From: Octopus bimaculoides
Taxonomy: Eukaryota
NCBI RefSeq assembly: GCF_001194135.2
Contig: NC_068998.1
Location: 24,755,975 to 24,819,974 of the forward strand
DNA: 64,000 nt
Direction: 5' to 3'
Below are positions 49,325 to 61,390 of this stretch, piece after piece. Position numbers and translations under genes: made by a program. The notes under the pieces were generated by a model. That model was not told where the DNA came from, did not search any database, and saw only the letters and a list, made by a program, of their open reading frames with translations. Every line of letters starts with the position of its first letter. The stretch's first letter is position 1.

Positions 49325-50328
49325 GGATGATAGTCAAATAGGGGCCAAATTAGGAGAATAGGGAGGGTGATCAAGCAGTTCAGATCATTGGTCACGCACA
49401 GCAGCAATTTGTGTGCTGAAGCATTGTCCTGATGAAAAGCAAAGACACTTTCGTTAGTTTTTCTGGGGATTTGGTCTTCACAGCCTTCTGTATCTGCCTC
49501 AGCAAGTAGGCAAAGAACTCTCCATTGATGGTGTGGCTCTTTTGAAGATAATCAGTAAATACAATGCCTTTTACATCCCCCGAAATTCAGGCCGTCAGCT
49601 TCCCTGCTCATGAAACCACCTTGGCCTTCTTTAGAGCAAGTGAGGAGGGATGTTCCCACTTCGTGAATTGTCGTTTTGTCACTGACACACGCTCATCTTA
49701 GGTTATAAAACGTTCCAGGAAATCATCTGGACCTGCCTCAAATAATGACAGATTTTCCCGTCATGTGATCAGCTTTGCGTGTTTTTGATCGGATGTCAGG
49801 TGACATGAGAGCCACCGAGCAGAAACCATCGTAATACCAATTTCATTGAGCAAAATATTCTCAACTCTTTCATGGGATGTCGGTAGCATTTGCTATTTGA
49901 TTTATAGTCAACCAATTGTTATCCATCACCATGTAGTAAACACGATCAATATTTTCCTCTGTAGCGGCAGTTGCAGGACGTCCAGACGTTGCAGCATCTT
50001 CAAGATGCTCCCTTTCTCACATAAATTCAAGTTCCTACTTTTGCACTGCTGAGAAACCTAGAGCCTCATTCACTAACATAGCAACAGTGTCAGCATGAAT
50101 ATCGTTTGAAGCTAATCCACTTTTCTGCAGGTACTTGATAACACCAAGATGACAAATTTTGTCGCTATGAGTTACATTTGAAGTCTTCTTTGCACAGTTA
50201 GTTGTTAGTTTACCTGGAATGAAACAATGCAATTATCAATGAGAAATGTTGAAGTTAATGCATGTCGGATTTCCCTGCTGTAGCTTCATTTCGTAGACCC
50301 CCTATGAACTTTTCAGCCAATTCTCGTA
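49325..50328 (-). mobile_element. mariner (Tc1/mariner) transposon remnant with 5' TIR and TA; 3' end lost
   Basis: Minus strand: TA-cgagaattggctgaaaagttc TIR at 50328; VIKYLQKSGLASNDIHAD, SGRPATA, KKAKVVS*AGK, KGIVFTDYLQKSHTINGE, FHQDNASAH, HPPYSPNLAP (49341-49370); many stops and frameshifts. Confidence 0.92.
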
Positions 50329-50845
50329 TATATAAACATGACACATACTTGATTTCGTTTTGCTGGAGATAACTCTGCTGGAAGTGAATGTCAGTAGCAT
50401 CTACGGATTAATCTTTTGATGAATTATGTTCAAAGAGGAGCCTTCTACTTTAGTAATTGCAATTTCGGATTTTTGTAAAGGGAACAAGTGTAAATAAGAA
50501 AAATAATAAATGAAAATAAAAGGGTCTCTGACTCCGTGTTAATTGGAGGCAGCCTCAGAATCACAGCATGAGCAATTAGTAAGCGAAGTAGTTTTTTCAA
50601 TTAAGTGTATATAGCGTCTTCCAGTTTAAATACGTTGTAACGTATTGTGAGGCTTTGTCTTATAGTATTGCCTCATGCCGCACATGCGCTTTGACTGAGG
50701 TTGTTTCTGCAAAACTGAATGTTACTTTCAAAATATGTTCTGAGAGTCTAATTATAATTTACATCAATAGCATCAGGTGAGAGTATATTGATTTGGTAGA
50801 TTACTATCATTCTGAACCATTTACCATTCAGAGGACACCATATTA

Positions 50846-50902
50846 TATTGTTGCGATTACTTTCCGATGGCGGATTGTGAAATGTGTAATTAATTTTATT
50901 GC
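50846..50902 (+). repeat. Short dispersed repeat with partner at 54063-54119
   Basis: ttgttg.gattactttccgatg..ggattgt.aaatgt.taatta..tttattgct in both places. Confidence 0.75.
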
Positions 50903-51204
50903 TGCGAGCAAATTGTTTCACTATGATTACCAATTAATAAGAGCTAGAATTTATGTTGTTTTATCGAACAAATTATTCTACTTGAGGTTGATGAACAAAG
51001 GTTTCATCATAAGCACAAAATATGTTTGACCATTATGGCATCTACATTTATGCTAAATGCCAAATCCAAGTAGCTAATATAAAATTCAGATTTATTGTTC
51101 TTTGGATATCGTAACATTAAAAACGTTGAAAAGCAAGAGAAATGACTTTACCGCCAGAAAAGAAAAAAATATTATATTATATATTTCATTGAATAAATCC
51201 TAAA

Positions 51205-51550
51205 GAATGACTGTGTGGTAAGACGTTTGTTCCCAACCACGTGGTTCTAGGTTCAGTCCATCAAAATGGTTTACTGGACAAGAGTATTCTACTGTAGCCT
51301 TAGCTTTTGAGTGGGTTCGGTAGATGGAAACTAAAAGAAGCCCGCCGCCCCCCCCCCACCTGTGTATATATATAATATATGTATATGCAGGAATGGCTGT
51401 GTGGTAAGAAGTTTGCTTCCCAGCTATATGATTCCGGGTTCAGTCTCACCACATGGCACCTTTGGAAGGCGTCTTCTACTATAGCTACGGGCCGACCAAA
51501 CACATGTAAATGGATTTGGTAGACAGAACCGGAAAGAAGCTCGTCGTGTA
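51205..51550 (+). mobile_element. Two tandem 5' halves of SINE family B (51205-51350, 51391-51550)
   Basis: Each begins gaatg(a/g)ctgtgtggtaaga and ends ggtaga...aaagaagc.cg.cg. Confidence 0.85.
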
Positions 51551-52399
51551 TATAATATATATATANNNNNNNNNNNNNNNNNNNNNNNNNNNNNNNNNNN
51601 NNNNNNNNNNNNNNNNNNNNNNNNNNNNNNNNNNNNNNNNNNNNNNNNNNNNNNNNNNNNNNNNNNNNNNNNNNNNNNNNNNNNNNNNNNNNNNNNNNNN
51701 NNNNNNNNNNNNNNNNNNNNNNNNNNNNNNNNNNNNNNNNNNNNNNNNNNNNNNNNNNNNNNNNNNNNNNNNNNNNNNNNNNNNNNNNNNNNNNNNNNNN
51801 NNNNNNNNNNNNNNNNNNNNNNNNNNNNNNNNNNNNNNNNNNNNNNNNNNNNNNNNNNNNNNNNNNNNNNNNNNNNNNNNNNNNNNNNNNNNNNNNNNNN
51901 NNNNNNNNNNNNNNNNNNNNNNNNNNNNNNNNNNNNNNNNNNNNNNNNNNNNNNNNNNNNNNNNNNNNNNNNNNNNNNNNNNNNNNNNNNNNNNNNNNNN
52001 NNNNNNNNNNNNNNNNNNNNNNNNNNNNNNNNNNNGTTTGCATGTATATGTATCTTTGTATGCACACTCACACATATATACATAGATATAATTCAAAAAT
52101 AAAAGGAAAAATAAGTGGAAAAAAATTAAAGTATATTGATCTTTAGTAATACATATTTTCTGAGAATTCACATGACTTTCTCCCAAAATTCCCATGATGA
52201 TTGTTGCGTGGTCCTAGTTGTAGGAGCTGTTGCAGGAGCGCTCTTTAGTATTAGTAGCAGTAGCTGGAAAGCCTATTATTGGTGATAGCAGCAGTAACGA
52301 TGTCAATGACTGTAGCAATCGTGGTTGTGTTATTCTACTTAGTAGGAGTAATGACAGCTAAAGCTGCAGTAGAATTACCTGTGGTTGTCTACTTTTTCT

Positions 52400-53300
52400 C
52401 CTAGAAGTATTCAAATTGGCCAGTATTTGGTTACAAAGGTTGATTTTTGCAGATACTTTACTGCAGTCTTAGATTATTGCTAGTTGTTTTATGATGAAAA
52501 GCATACTTTTGTTTGGTTACCTGTACATGTGACTATATGTTCACTGAGTTTCTGCATTTTCGTATTTTAATTTGTGATCAATGTAGAATCATGCTTGATC
52601 TCAAAGATCCTCTAGTGCGTCCTATCTAATGCTCTTTACATCCGTAATATATAATTCCAGGGGTTATGTTTTCAGATGCGAAGATAAAGTTTTGAAGATT
52701 TGTCCTTGTTTAAAAGGTATCTCTATCTTTCTGTAAGATTAAAACTTCTAAGCGTGGTTGGAGTTTTCTAAATATTTTCTACTGTTGGTCATGTTGTAGG
52801 GTGCAGATTGACCATTGTTATATCCAACTCATTTTTCGTTGAACTGATTTTGAACCTGTCTGTTAATTTACTAATCTTCTCCATTGTGTGCTTGTCTGTA
52901 TTCCTTTTAATTAATTTTTTTTTCACAATGTCATTTATTTGTTTTAAAATTATTACACTGATGGACCTTGTCCATTATTATCCTTCATCTGTACCTTTAC
53001 TGACTATAGAGAAGCTGCACTTCTTTGATCTCAATATTAATGCTTGCTTTTTACGTTTTATTGGAATATTTATGTTTGATGTTCTTTTTAAATACATTAT
53101 ATTTTTTCTCTTGGTTTTAATTTTTTTTCTGTTTTTCACAGGTGATGAACATTCGTAGTGTTTCTGCTGGAAGATTCTTCAATATCCTTTGTAAGATTTA
53201 TTGCGTCAGCTTTAAAGTTAGTGTGAATTTAAGTCCATATTACTAAAGTTTTCATTTTTAAGTTTTCATTGTTAAAGATTTACTATATTTGGCAAAATTG
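52400..53300 (-). mobile_element. Strongly decayed PLE remnant (lineage 2)
   Basis: Minus strand GCKEH*IGRTRGSLRSSMILH*SQIK and QKLSEHIVTCTG parallel the 35951-36290 GIY-YIG; the upstream RT part is only faintly recognisable. Confidence 0.55.
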
Positions 53301-54120
53301 GTTCAGTGTTTTTTTGACATTTTATAACATAATTGTTTTTCTTTTCTCGTTTATGTTTAGAACACCTGTTGCATTTTTTCTTTTATTATTCAGTAAGTCA
53401 ATTACACCGCGCTTTAATTTGTTGGGTGGAGAGTTTCCAGTTGTTGAAATGTTTGGCATTGATTTCATGCCATATACCTTGGCTTGTCTTCTCTCTAAAA
53501 AACTTTCGTTGGGTTGACGTTCTATTTTGTTCTATTCTTAAAGTATTACTGTCAGCATGTGTTTTACGCTAGTTGAGTTTGTTTCCGCATGAATTATTGG
53601 ATTTTGCCCCGTTTTCGTTTGCGCCCACACATGAATGGTTACAGGTTGCCGCCTTTAGACTGTTTCATTTTGTAATTTGAGTTAAAACGAAATGAGATAA
53701 GACTCGTTCTGCTGCTGTTGTGTTGTTTTACGAATGTTTTTATCATTCGCTTCAATGCACACACACACACACGCACGTATATATATACTAATATATATAT
53801 GGATTTATATATATTTATTTATATACGTGGGTTTGTGTGTGAGTGTGTGTGTGTGTGTGTGTGTATGCGCGCGCGCGCGAAGGTGCTAGACGCCTGATGA
53901 GAGTTCCAAAACTTCTTAATGAACGACCACACATGATTTGGTTATAGCAATGAAATGTTTTATTCAAGAACTCTATGCACCGTCCAGTCTAGGAGTCGAA
54001 TGCCAGATCTGACGATCATCAGCGCAATGTCCACACCTGGGTCATACGACTTCATTGTATATGTTGTTGAGATTACTTTCCGATGATGGATTGTTAAATG
54101 TTTAATTAGATTTATTGCTC

Positions 54121-54152
<32 letters not shown>

Positions 54153-54220
54153 CGTATGTGTATGTGTGTGCGCGTGTGTGTGTGGGGGGGGTTGTAAATA
54201 AACATATGCTTACATATATT

Positions 54221-54596
54221 TCTTTTATTTCTTTTAATTGTTTCAGTCATTTGACTGCGGCTATACTGGAGCACCACCTTTAGTCGAAGACATCGACCCC
54301 AGGATTTATTGTTTGTAAGTCTGGTATTTATTCTGTCGGTCTCTTTTGCCGAGCTGCTAATTTACGGGGATGTAAACGCGCCAGAATCGGTTGTCAAGCG
54401 ATGGTAGGGGGACAAACACAGACATACAAATCTGCACATAAATATATACGACGTGTTTCTTTCAGTTTCCGTCTACCAAATCTACTCACAAGGATTTGGT
54501 TAGCCCGAGGCTATAGTAGAAGACACTTACCGAAGGTGTCACGCAGTTGAACTGAACCCGGAACAATGTGATTGGGCAGTAAGCTTCTTACCACAT
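54221..54596 (-). mobile_element. SINE family B, full length
   Basis: gtttcagtcatttgactgcggc...ctggagcaccacc, ggttgtcaagcgat, ctttcagtttccgtctaccaaatc, ggctatagtagaagacactt, aagcttcttaccaca. Confidence 0.92.
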
Positions 54597-54608
54597 ATAT
54601 AAAAAACA

Positions 54609-55416
54609 TATATATAGATATTATTGTTTACAATAATATCAAATGGCATAGCATGCGTAAAAAAAGGTGCAACAAATTGGACCAGTACTCTAAAAATAGC
54701 AGTCGGAAGGGGACTACAACCACAAATTTGCACTGACAAACATTAATTGAAATCGGGGAAATGAGCAGAAATTCTAAGCCCATGTACCAATAACGAAAAA
54801 AACCCTAAATGGAAAAGCCAGACATATCTGTATCGTCACGATTTCAAACTTTGTAAAGATGCGACTTATTTCTCATCAGCAAGTTTCACTGACCTGAGGG
54901 TTATAGAACACGCCTATCATAAACAATGTGTGCGATGGCCGTTTTTTAATGCCGTGGGAAATTTATAAAGGTGATCGAAGTGAATAATAAATTATGAAAA
55001 TATATATAGATATTATTGTTTACAACAATAACAAGTGGCATAGATTGCGTAAAAATATACCATAAGGTGAAAAATTATTAATCAATAATCAAGGGTGCTA
55101 CAAAAAGCACCAGCACGCTAAAAATAACAATCAGAGGGCAACTATGACCACAAACTTTCCTTGATACACATTAATTGATATCGGGTCAGCAAGACTCGCC
55201 GATGAGGACTAAGCGGCATCTTCACAAAGTTTGAAATCGTGACGATACGGATATGTCGGACTTTTCAATTTACGATCCTTCTCGTTATTGGTATGGGGGC
55301 TTAGAATTTCTGCTCACCCCCGCTCGGTTTCAGTTAATGTGTATCCATGAAAATTCGTAGATGTAGTCGCCTTCTGATTGCTATTGTAAGCTTGCTGGTG
55401 CTATTTGTAGTACCTA
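54609..55416. repeat. Three-copy cluster of a pLTR-like unit: A 54609-54894 and B 55001-55184 direct, C 55184-55416 inverted
   Basis: A and B share atatagatattattgtttacaa...cattaattga.atcggg; C is the reverse complement of A's right part (caaagtttgaaatcgtgacgatac, cgttattggta, ggcttagaatttctgctca). Hammerhead-like cores in A and C. Confidence 0.85.
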
Positions 55417-55420
55417 TAAT

Positions 55421-55466
<46 letters not shown>

Positions 55467-55515
55467 TGTGTGTGTGTGTATGTGTGTGTGTGTGTGTGTG
55501 TGTAAATAAATATGA

Positions 55516-56090
55516 GAAGGCATGGTATTATTAAAATACAATCACAATTGGCGAGTTATCAGCCGTACAGGCTGATAAAATATATACATACCATATAAGA
55601 TATGTATTTACGTAAATGTATATGTGTGCGCGCGTGTGTGTGTGTGTGGACACTATATGAGCACCCACATCGCTAAACTTAGAAGTCAAATATACTTCTT
55701 TCTATGCCACAGAATAGTCACAAATCTACTACAGGCATGGTAGGAAAAACATTCTAGTAAACATTAAAAGCGTCTAACTTCTACTAGGTCAATACAAGTA
55801 ATAATGCTCAACTTGGTGCCGATTTCGAAATTAGCACCAAATTCGTGCCAGTTTCTTTTCGCCCAAAGTCTGCCAGCTAACTACTACTAAAATTGTCCCC
55901 GACTATGCCCGCAAAAAGTTCGTTTGAAGTGACCAGACACTATTTAAAGAGACAAAATAGTGAAATTAGTTATAAATACATATTAGAAGGGATGGTATTA
56001 TTAAAATACTATCACGAGTGGGAAGCGAGTTATCAGCGGTACAGGCAAATTACTAAAATATATACATACTATATAAGATACGTACTTATG
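55516..56090 (+). repeat. ~100-bp direct repeat pair (55516-55615, 55986-56090), 470-bp offset
   Basis: gaagg.atggtattattaaaatac.atcac...gcgagttatcagc.gtacaggc...aaaatatatacatac.atataagata in both. Confidence 0.85.
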
Positions 56091-57058
56091 TATGTATGTA
56101 TGTATGTATGTATGTATGTATGTATGTATGTATGTATGTATGTATGTATGTATGTATGTATATATANNNNNNNNNNNNNNNNNNNNNNNNNNNNNNNNNN
56201 NNNNNNNNNNNNNNNNNNNNNNNNNNNNNNNNNNNNNNNNNNNNNNNNNNNNNNNNNNNNNNNNNNNNNNNNNNNNNNNNNNNNNNNNNNNNNNNNNNNN
56301 NNNNNNNNNNNNNNNNNNNNNNNNNNNNNNNNNNNNNNNNNNNNNNNNNNNNNNNNNNNNNNNNNNNNNNNNNNNNNNNNNNNNNNNNNNNNNNNNNNNN
56401 NNNNNNNNNNNNNNNNNNNNNNNNNNNNNNNNNNNNNNNNNNNNNNNNNNNNNNNNNNNNNNNNNNNNNNNNNNNNNNNNNNNNNNNNNNNNNNNNNNNN
56501 NNNNNNNNNNNNNNNNNNNNNNNNNNNNNNNNNNNNNNNNNNNNNNNNNNNNNNNNNNNNNNNNNNNNNNNNNNNNNNNNNNNNNNNNNNNNNNNNNNNN
56601 NNNNNNNNNNNNNNNNNNNNNNNNNNNNNNNNNNNNNNNNNNNNNNNNNNNNNNNNNNNNNNNNNNNNNNNNNNNNNNNNNNNNNNNNNNNNNNNNNNNN
56701 NNNNNNNNNNNNNNNNNNNNNNNNNNNNNNNNNNNNNNNNNNNNNNNNNNNNNNNNNNNNNNNNNNNNNNNNNNNNNNNNNNNNNNNNNNNNNNNNNNNN
56801 NNNNNNNNNNNNNNNNNNNNNNNNNNNNNNNNNNNNNNNNNNNNNNNNNNNNNNGATACATTGGATTTTCCCTCAAACAGTTGTAAGACTTTATCCATAA
56901 AATATATTTCTAACTTTGCCATTGTTCTCTTTATCCTTTTCTCTCTTTATATATATATATATACACGAGGGCACTATTTTTTGCGATGTGGGTGTTCATG
57001 TAGTGTCCTCGTGTGTGTATATATATATATATATATATGATATATGTATTTATATATA

Positions 57059-57092
<34 letters not shown>

Positions 57093-57598
57093 TGTGTGTG
57101 TGTGTGTGTGCGTGTTTGTGTGTGTTATGACGTGAGTTATGCACATTGGATGCAAGAATAACATTACCCAAATAAATATTTGGATATGTTTGCCAAGAAT
57201 AACCGTTAGTAGAGTCAGTATATATACACACAGAACGCAATCCGTAGTACTCCAAACGTAGTTACGACATTAAACTAGCACAGTAACCAATACGGACGCT
57301 GAATTCTGTCAACTGTACCACTCTTGTAAAAACACTTTGAATATTAGATATATACAAACCTGAATCTCTATGTATTTAGGTAAACAAAGATATGCGTATT
57401 CGAAATGACACAGAAAATCATATGCATAAATATAGGTAATGTTCTGACATATATGCTCTAAATTGATTATAATGTGCAATGGCAAATTGTATAATACGTA
57501 AGCATCCTTATGAATTGTATGTTTATGAACTTACACATATATATGAAATCACACTACCCACACATAGAAAAGCACACATGCATACATATATGAATATA

Positions 57599-58464
57599 CT
57601 AGCTGACGTACCCGATAATTCCCGGGAAAGTGAGGCTTACCCCTTGGTTCCGTTCTCATAAGTGTTTCGCTAATCCAATAATAACAATACAAAGTATGTA
57701 GCCTTTAAAACGGTTTTTGTACGTTTACAGAGAATACCAAACTGTCTTACACAGGATCTTGTTTTTAGGAAGTTCCAATAGATTATAAATACCTAAATTA
57801 TAAAGTTAGTTATGTAATAACATGAAATTAACTACCCTATAGTAAGAATTTAAATAAAATAGTCCCGGAAACGTCTTTAATGCATTCCCAGAGTATATAG
57901 AACTTAGGATGAAATACTAAGAAGGTATGTATACCAAAATCGTGAAGCACGTTACGTAATAACAGGCTAATCAGATATGAGATAATAACAATTCAAAGTA
58001 AATAACTCTGAAAAGGGCTTTTGTGTGTTACCATAGAATGTTATCCTCAGCGGCGCTAGTGTTGGCATATTCGTGAATAAGTCACTAACCTAAATAAGTG
58101 GCTTTATTGTTTAGCAAAATGCTATTTACTTGTTTAAAGTTTGTACTGGATAAACTGCGAAAATAGCTCTAACAGTTCAAATACTAAGAAATAAGCATAC
58201 TCAATTTGATTTATACCAAGTGATTTAGAAAGATGAATGGGGTATTTCCCTTGGCTGTTAAAATGAAATATATTAGCTATATATAAGGACCCCTTCTAGG
58301 GGCCCTATTATCCGATGTTTTTCTACAATCAGGGTATGCCATGATGTTTCCAGACATGAGTTCTACTCATGTTAAATGTTTCATCAAAATCGATAAAACT
58401 ATGTAGGAGGAGTTAGTTAAGAACTCCACAAGAACACCCACAGACAGAATTTTCCACATATATT
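57599..58464 (-). mobile_element. Non-autonomous Helitron-like element
   Basis: Minus-strand 3' end cccg-ggaattat-cggg hairpin (57611-57626), 8-nt spacer, CTAG then T (57598). Far end has tttcatcaaaatcg...cagacagaattttc, as recalled for small Helitrons; 5' boundary approximate. Confidence 0.7.
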
Positions 58465-58718
58465 ACCGTTATTTTTGTACAGCAGTTGACTTGAATTTTG
58501 TGATGGGATTCACGACATAGAGACAATTTTGACAACTTGCGCGATGTGCGATAATATTTTCATCTCAAGAATTCCATTTACGCAATGCGTATATGTTTAG
58601 AATTGCCTTGGGAATCAACACGGACAAAAACAAAATTTGAGCGTTTTCTGAAATACATTGTTTCAGTCATGTGATTTCAGTGTTTCATATTTACATAAAT
58701 GCAAGCCTGAGAATATTA

Positions 58719-58931
58719 GAGAGATTGATGAAAAGTTCCTGGCTTTGAGTTAAAAACAATACAGCAGGATCAGTTAATTATGATTCTATTCAACATATTT
58801 CTCTCTCAGATTCACACATATATTGCAATGGTTCTTCAGGTTTTAAATCTTGTAAAAGAACTCGGAAGTTTGGGCATCAAACCAGGCCTTTCGCGATATC
58901 TTGAAGCCAGGAACCTTTTAGTAACCCCTCG
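58719..58931. mobile_element. mariner-type MITE with 28-bp TIRs and TA flanks
   Basis: TA-gagagattgatgaaaagttcctggcttt ... aagccaggaaccttttagtaacccctcg-TA; no ORF. Confidence 0.85.
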
Positions 58932-59782
58932 TACATTTCATTGATGTGATATAGTATCGAGTTGTTACTGCATCTTGTCATATATTTTACATACGCTGAT
59001 ACAAGGGCTCTTTTATCAATAGTGATGTTATTAAAGGTAGTTTGAATAATGTTATTTAGTATACATATAATAAGGTTATCTTAATTCTAAGTCGTAGTGC
59101 AGTAAGCACTGATATAAAATTACTCCGAAATACAGTTGCTGTTATTGTTACCAAAATCACTTGCTAGACTTCAAAGCGAGTTGCATATCAATTATGGAAG
59201 ACAACGAAAATTTAATAACGTTGCTTGTAATAATCTTCCTGCTAGAATTTTCGTTTTATGACTAACATTTGTACAGCACAGAGACATAAGCAACTATTGA
59301 CTAAATCACACCTGTCACTGAAATCCGATTGTCCTACAAGGAAATGTACTCACATGATGGCAGATTACAATCTTTCCCTTATAGTCCCAGAGTTCAAATC
59401 GCCTTAGGTTAACTTTCGCAGTTTCAGTTAATGTACGCCAATTTTTAAATGAAGATAAACGAGTCGTCTGTACTAATGAAACAATCAATATTTAAATTTA
59501 AGTTTCCGTCCTTTAACTCAAGTGTGATAGAAGTTTCTGATTCCTTATTAAAATCATTTTATTGATGATACTCAATAAATGTCATCCAACAATCAAGTGC
59601 TCTCTAAAATCTAAAAGACTTTGCATTAGAAAACTATAATGACTATCAAAGCATTTTCATCATTAACTTTCAAAATTGAACGCAAAGTTGTTAGAGATTT
59701 AGCACAAGAATTTATACAGTAAATGATTTTGTTCTTCCGCATTATGAAATCAAATTCAGCATGTATAATAATGGACACTGAA

Positions 59783-59943
59783 GCTGTGTGGTAAGAAGCT
59801 TGCTTCCCAACCGCATGACTCTGGCTTCAGTACCACTGCATGGCACCTTGGGCAAATGTCTTCAGCTATAGCCCCGAGACAAACAAAGCCTTGTGAATGG
59901 ATTTGGCACTCGGAAACTGAAAGAATCCCGTCATATCTATCTA

Positions 59944-59974
<31 letters not shown>

Positions 59975-60182
59975 GTGTGTGTGTGTGTGTCTGTGTCTGT
60001 GTCAATGTCTGTCCTCACGCCACCGCTTGGCAGCCGCTGTTGGTGAGTTTATATTACAGTAACTTAGTAGGTCGGCAAAAGTGAAAGACGGAGTAAGTAC
60101 TATTCATTCAAAAATAAATCCTTGGAACTAAAGTCCTTCAAGGCGGTGCCCCATCATGGGTGCCATCAGCTGGCTGAATAAA
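59783..60182 (+). mobile_element. SINE family B, full length
   Basis: gctgtgtggtaagaagcttgcttcccaacc, ggcaccttgggcaaatgtcttc, aaagccttgtgaatggatttgg, ggtcggcaaaag, aaggcggtgcccca. Confidence 0.9.
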
Positions 60183-60237
60183 AAAAATTATATATAAATA
60201 TATNNNNNNNNNNNNNNNNNNNNNNNNNNNNNNNNNN

Positions 60238-60522
60238 CATCATAGTAACGACGTCAGATATTTATTGTTCAGTTCGGCGAAGAAGGCTGAATCGTACAAA
60301 GGAAGAAATAGTTTTGACAAGAACGATAACACATAAATAGGCTCTTAAACGAGCAGTAAATTATATACATATATAAATGATCGTTATATATGTATATAAT
60401 TTACTGCTCGTTTAAGAGCCTATTTATGTGTTATCGTTCTTGTCAAAACTATTTCTTCCTTTGTACGATTCAGCCTTCTTCGCCGAACTGAACAATAAAT
60501 ATCTGACGTCGTTACTATGATG
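60238..60522. repeat. Perfect palindrome, 139-bp arms, 7-nt loop (atgatcg, 60377-60383)
   Basis: 60238-60376 is the exact reverse complement of 60384-60522; the left arm starts at the edge of N-gap 60204-60237. Confidence 0.95.
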
Positions 60523-60530
60523 ACAGGTGG

Positions 60531-61390
60531 AGGCGGTGAGCTGGCAGAATCGTCAGCACACCGGGCGAAATGCTTAGCGGTATTTTGCCCGTTGCTACGT
60601 TCTGACTTCAAATTCAACTGGGCATCGACTTTGCCTTCATCCTTTTGAGGTCGATTAAACAATTAGCAGTTACACGCTGGGGTCGATGTAATCGACTTAA
60701 TCCCTTCCTCCAAATTCGAGGCCTTGTGCCTCCAGTAGAAAGGATATTGTCTTGACAGTTTTGAGACGGCATGCTGGCGGAATGGTTTACACGCCGGACA
60801 TTTCGTCCGTCTTTACATCCGAGGTTGACTTTGCTTTGCACCCTTCGGGGTCGATAAAATAAGTACTGTTTGAACACTTGGATCAATATAATCGACTTAT
60901 CCGTTCCCCTAAAATTTCCAGCCTTGTGCCAAAATTTAAAAACCGATATTATAATGATAACTGTAGGGCTGCGAGCTCGCATGATTATTAGCACGTTGGG
61001 TAAAATTCCTAGCGGCATTTTGTCCGTCTTTTCTTTCTGAATTCAAATTCTACGAGACCTATTTTGTCTTACATCCTTTCCGAGTCGATAATATAAACAG
61101 CAGTTGAGCACTAAACTCGCTTTAATCTACTTAGCCCCCACTCTCCAAATTCTAACCGATATTTAGACGATAGTTGTAAGGTAGCGGGGTGGCATAATTG
61201 TTAACAAGTTGAGCAAAATGCTTAGCGGCAATTCCTCCGACTTTACGTTCTAAGTTCAAATTCCAACACGTTCTACTTTGTCTTACATCCTTTCGATAAA
61301 ATAAGTACCTTTGAGCATTGGGGTCCAGGTTACCAACTCACCTCCACCCTCAAACTTGCTGGCCTGCTACCCAAATTTGAAATCGATATT
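60531..61390 (+). mobile_element. Head-to-tail array of four SINE family A copies (~215-bp period)
   Basis: Heads near 60531, 60765, 60966 and 61180; each has the catcctt...gtcgata block; copies 2-4 end with cgatatt. Confidence 0.88.

Noticed and set aside
52200-52400. Ser/Thr/Ala-rich-looking stretch
   Set aside because: Degenerate (AGT/AGC)n trinucleotide repeat with stops and no splice signals.
53888-53930. CTGATGA followed by a small stem (agtt-ccaa-aact)
   Set aside because: No GAAA, stem III or stem I follows; insufficient for a hammerhead call.
12708-61390. tRNA-like A/B boxes that could be called tRNA genes
   Set aside because: All lie in SINE heads and no cloverleaf can be folded.
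60531-61390. Regularly spaced repeats superficially like a CRISPR array
   Set aside because: Units are ~215-bp diverged SINEs, with no short identical repeats, unique spacers or cas genes; the DNA is eukaryotic.
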